The notes beneath the pieces were generated by a model. It was given only the letters and a program-made list of their open reading frames with translations, was not told the DNA's origin and did not search any database. From positions 53,545 to 117,544 of the forward strand of contig CAVUPH010000022.1 of NCBI GenBank assembly GCA_963743305.1: a stretch of 64,000 nucleotides of DNA, written 5' to 3'. The DNA is from an uncultured delta proteobacterium. GTDB lineage: Bacteria; Desulfobacterota; RBG-13-43-22. Of the stretch, positions 61,530 through 64,000 are shown piece after piece (positions within the stretch are counted from its first letter, which is position 1; each line of letters begins with the position of its first letter). The position numbers and the translations under genes were made by a program.

Positions 61530-62186
61530 ATAAATAGAGGAGAAAGCGCCTTTACTACCTGGATGTACCGGGTGGCCGTCAACCATTTGTTGACCATTCG
61601 CAAGCGTCGGGCGGAACTTGAGGCGGTGTCTTTTGAAGAATACGAAAAAAGTCTTGAATTGGACTCGGCCGTAGACTGGAAAGAGTCTCATTCCGGCGCC
61701 TTACAGAATGTTTTTGTGGAGGAGATCAAGATCAGTTGCCTGCAAGGGTTGCTGCTTTGCCTGGATAGGGAACACCGTCTGGCCTTTCTCCTGGCGGATG
61801 TTTTCGATGTGAGCAGCGAGCAAGGGGCGGCCATCCTAGAGATTACCCCGATGGCCTTTCGAAAACGTCTTTCGAGAGCCCGGGAACGGCTACGGGAATT
61901 TCTGATGAAAAATTGTGCCCTGATGAATCCGGACAATCCTTGTACCTGCGAACGTTATTTGATTTCGCAGCATTATATGGAGAAGGTCGAGGAGAAGGAT
62001 TTGGTTTTTGCTAAACACCCCTGCCGTATCAGGCCGGAAGGAGGGGCCGTGAATCGGATCAGGGAATTGGATGAACTGAGTCGAATGGCCACTCTCTATA
62101 AGCGGTACCCCGACTTTCATCCCCCGAGCTCTTTTATTGCCAATATCAGAGACTTGGTGCATTCAAGAAAATATGAATTACTCTAA
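61530..62186 (+). pseudogene. ECF RNA polymerase sigma factor, 5'-truncated
   Basis: RGESAFTTWMYRVAVNH (end of region 2) follows an in-frame stop. Region 4 (FRKRLSRARERL) and a Cys-rich extension CALMNPDNPCTC are present. Confidence 0.75.
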
Positions 62187-62438
62187 GTCGCAAGATGTGT
62201 CCCCATTGTTTGGGTATCAAAAAAGATCCGAAGGAAGGCGGTGGGGCTCATGATCATCGCCCCAAGAACGGCTTTTCAGCCATTGTCGGGTTTGTGAGAT
62301 AAGGAAATGCGGCCGGGAAAAACAACTGAAGAACTGCGCCCACTGTGATGACTATATCTGCTCAAAATTGAATGAATTGTTTCAGATGATCCCCCAGGGG
62401 AAAGCCGCCCTGGATGAAATAAGGAAAGAGTTGTCATT

Positions 62439-62960
62439 ATGAAACAGACCGCTCGAAAAACGATCGCCTTTGAATCCTTCGGTTTTAGCCAGGCGCTGAT
62501 AGCTTCCGGACCGGCTTCTGATCGGGCCGAGAAGATGATGCTCTATGGACAATTCATCGGATCCTCGGATGGACCAGTCAGCATACAATGGTCGGACGGT
62601 CAACGTTTCGAGAACTCATGCGAAGTTCATTTCGCTTGGGCACTGGCCGGGCGGTGCGATCCAGGAGACGTTTGGATCGCGCCATCCCGCAAAGCGAGGG
62701 CTGCTGGATCGGAAGACGGAATGTATGGTACCACCTAAGAGGTCTATGATCCGAAGACTGATCAGTGGGAGATCACCTGGATCGATCCAGTCCGGCGGAA
62801 CTTCAACAGAATGCTGGGTCGCCCGGTGGGAAACGAGATCATACAGGAGTACCGTGATGAGGCTGGAAATATCTGTCAGTGGTGTTTCACGGATATTCAT
62901 CCCGACTCGTTTCATTGGATCAGCCGCGAATCAAACGACGAACGATCAACCTGGAATCCG
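62439..62960 (+). pseudogene. Hypothetical protein, frameshifted and interrupted by the IS110 end
   Basis: Pieces LYGQFIGS.D..., EVHFAWALAGR, YGTT, WEITWIDP and W.FTDIHPDSFHW lie in different frames. The sequence switches to IS DNA at about 62960. Confidence 0.65.
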
Positions 62961-63029
62961 ATATGGCTGACAGTTGTCAAGAAAAAAAATCTTCCTGTCC
63001 CTTAGTTGAGGGTTATGCTGTTAGAATGT

Positions 63030-63220
63030 TCCAGAGCACAAGCAGAGACGGGACCGTTTTGCGACGTTTGATCATTCTGATATTCGCGTGTTGATTCGCC
63101 TGACTTGACTACATCACGGGAGCTGCCTCGCTCTAGGCTCGGAAATTCGGTTGCCCTTATTCCTTGGATTCCCCGAGGATTCTCCCAACGTGGTCGCGTC
63201 TCTGCTGGTACTCTGGACCG
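63030..63220 (-). ncRNA. Putative IS110 bridge/seek RNA
   Basis: Downstream of the transposase. A long closing stem (63030-63055 with 63192-63217) encloses CCTCG...CGAGG and GCGAATATCAGAATGATC segments. Confidence 0.6.
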
Positions 63221-63279
63221 GATATCGTTTAGGCTCTACGGACCTCCTGATAGAGCGCTATGGTTTTTTGACCTATGGT

Positions 63280-64000
63280 TTACACACTGGGCAACGGAAC
63301 CTCTTGGGCAATAGCCCAGATGAAACCGGAGAGTTCCCGGGCGATGGCGGTTACCACTTTGGTTTTCAATTTTCCTTTGGCCATCAGCCTGCGGAACCGG
63401 CCGCACAGCCGGACCTGGGCCTTCCAGGCGATCTCCCGGATGGGTTGCGGCAGATCCTGCTGGCGTTTGAGCAGCAACCGGCTAACCCGGGCCGGAAAAG
63501 CATAGGCATGGGCCGCTTCGACCAGCACGCGTCGGACGTGCCCATTGCCGGTTTTGGTGATACTGCCCCGTTTTACGGACGTACCGGTGGAATGTTCCGA
63601 AGGCACCAGCCCCAGATAGGCCATGAATTGCCGGGGGTTCTCAAAACGGGTGATATCGCCAATCTCGGACACGGTGGTCGTCGCCACAATAGGGGCTACC
63701 CCCCGGAGGGCCTGGAGGGCTTCCACCACCGGGGCCAGGCGCCACTGGGGCAACAGCTTGAGAATCTGATCCACCAAACGATCCACCCGCGAGCTGCACT
63801 CCGTGACGGCGTGAATATATTCCTGGAGCGTAATTTGCTGGGCCGGGTGAGGCATGGTGATATCCGCTAACCAACGGATATGCGACGGGGTCCAGGATGT
63901 CCTACCGGGGTACCGGTGGCCATAGCGAAGCAGGAAGGCCCCTAAGTGCTGCCGGGCCGTGCGCAGGGCCCGGACCGCATCTTCCCGGGCGCGGGTCAGA
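63280..64000 (-). CDS. IS110-family transposase/recombinase (5' partial)
   Basis: The frame is open to the window edge: LTRAREDA..., ALQALRGV, EIGDITRF, YLGLVPSEHSTG (catalytic Ser), ITKTGN..RRVLVEAA and AIAREL. Confidence 0.95.
   Translation of the reverse strand, partial: LTRAREDAVRALRTARQHLGAFLLRYGHRYPGRTSWTPSHIRWLADITMPHPAQQITLQEYIHAVTECSSRVDRLVDQILKLLPQWRLAPVVEALQALRGVAPIVATTTVSEIGDITRFENPRQFMAYLGLVPSEHSTGTSVKRGSITKTGNGHVRRVLVEAAHAYAFPARVSRLLLKRQQDLPQPIREIAWKAQVRLCGRFRRLMAKGKLKTKVVTAIARELSGFIWAIAQEVPLPSV

Larger units (their letters stand above)
62960..64000 (-). mobile_element. IS110-family insertion sequence (right end; the left part lies outside the window)
   Basis: Transposase plus a ~320-nt structured 3' non-coding end terminating CTTGACAACTGTCAGCCATAT. 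Confidence 0.85.

Noticed and set aside
63151-63870. 239-aa plus-strand ORF
   Set aside because: It is the antisense shadow of the IS110 transposase.

Overview
This window is mostly a general-stress and carbon-storage island. The host is probably a Desulfobacterota (deltaproteobacterial)-type bacterium, inferred from gene content and repeat types only. It carries GH13 and GH57 alpha-glucan enzymes, a NarL-type two-component system, many small stress, membrane and lipoprotein genes (DUF3096, DUF3309, CsbD, YtxH, Spy, ElaB/DUF883, BON, lmo0937-like, PRC-barrel, DUF1269-like), pgi, ackA, phosphoketolase, rpiB, a P3A-type H+-ATPase, a di-heme cytochrome c, ftsH and a ~9.2 kb cyclic beta-1,2-glucan synthase. 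Short remnants of zwf, tal, pgm, glgP, ldh and several transporters lie between the intact genes. The right end holds a hybrid kinase, a ferritin-like gene, higBA, a Mo-oxidoreductase, a truncated ECF sigma factor and an IS110-family element with a probable downstream bridge RNA. The most striking signal is in the non-coding DNA, where two precisely spaced promoter architectures recur. One is a 22-bp-phased tandem box ending 20-21 nt before a -10 hexamer (six copies). The other is a double-palindrome enhancer + IHF-like site + sigma54 promoter (three copies). Together they suggest a dual-control general stress regulon that I do not recognise as described. Two MITE families and an unexplained nested inverted-repeat element are also present. 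No tRNA, rRNA or CRISPR array was seen.
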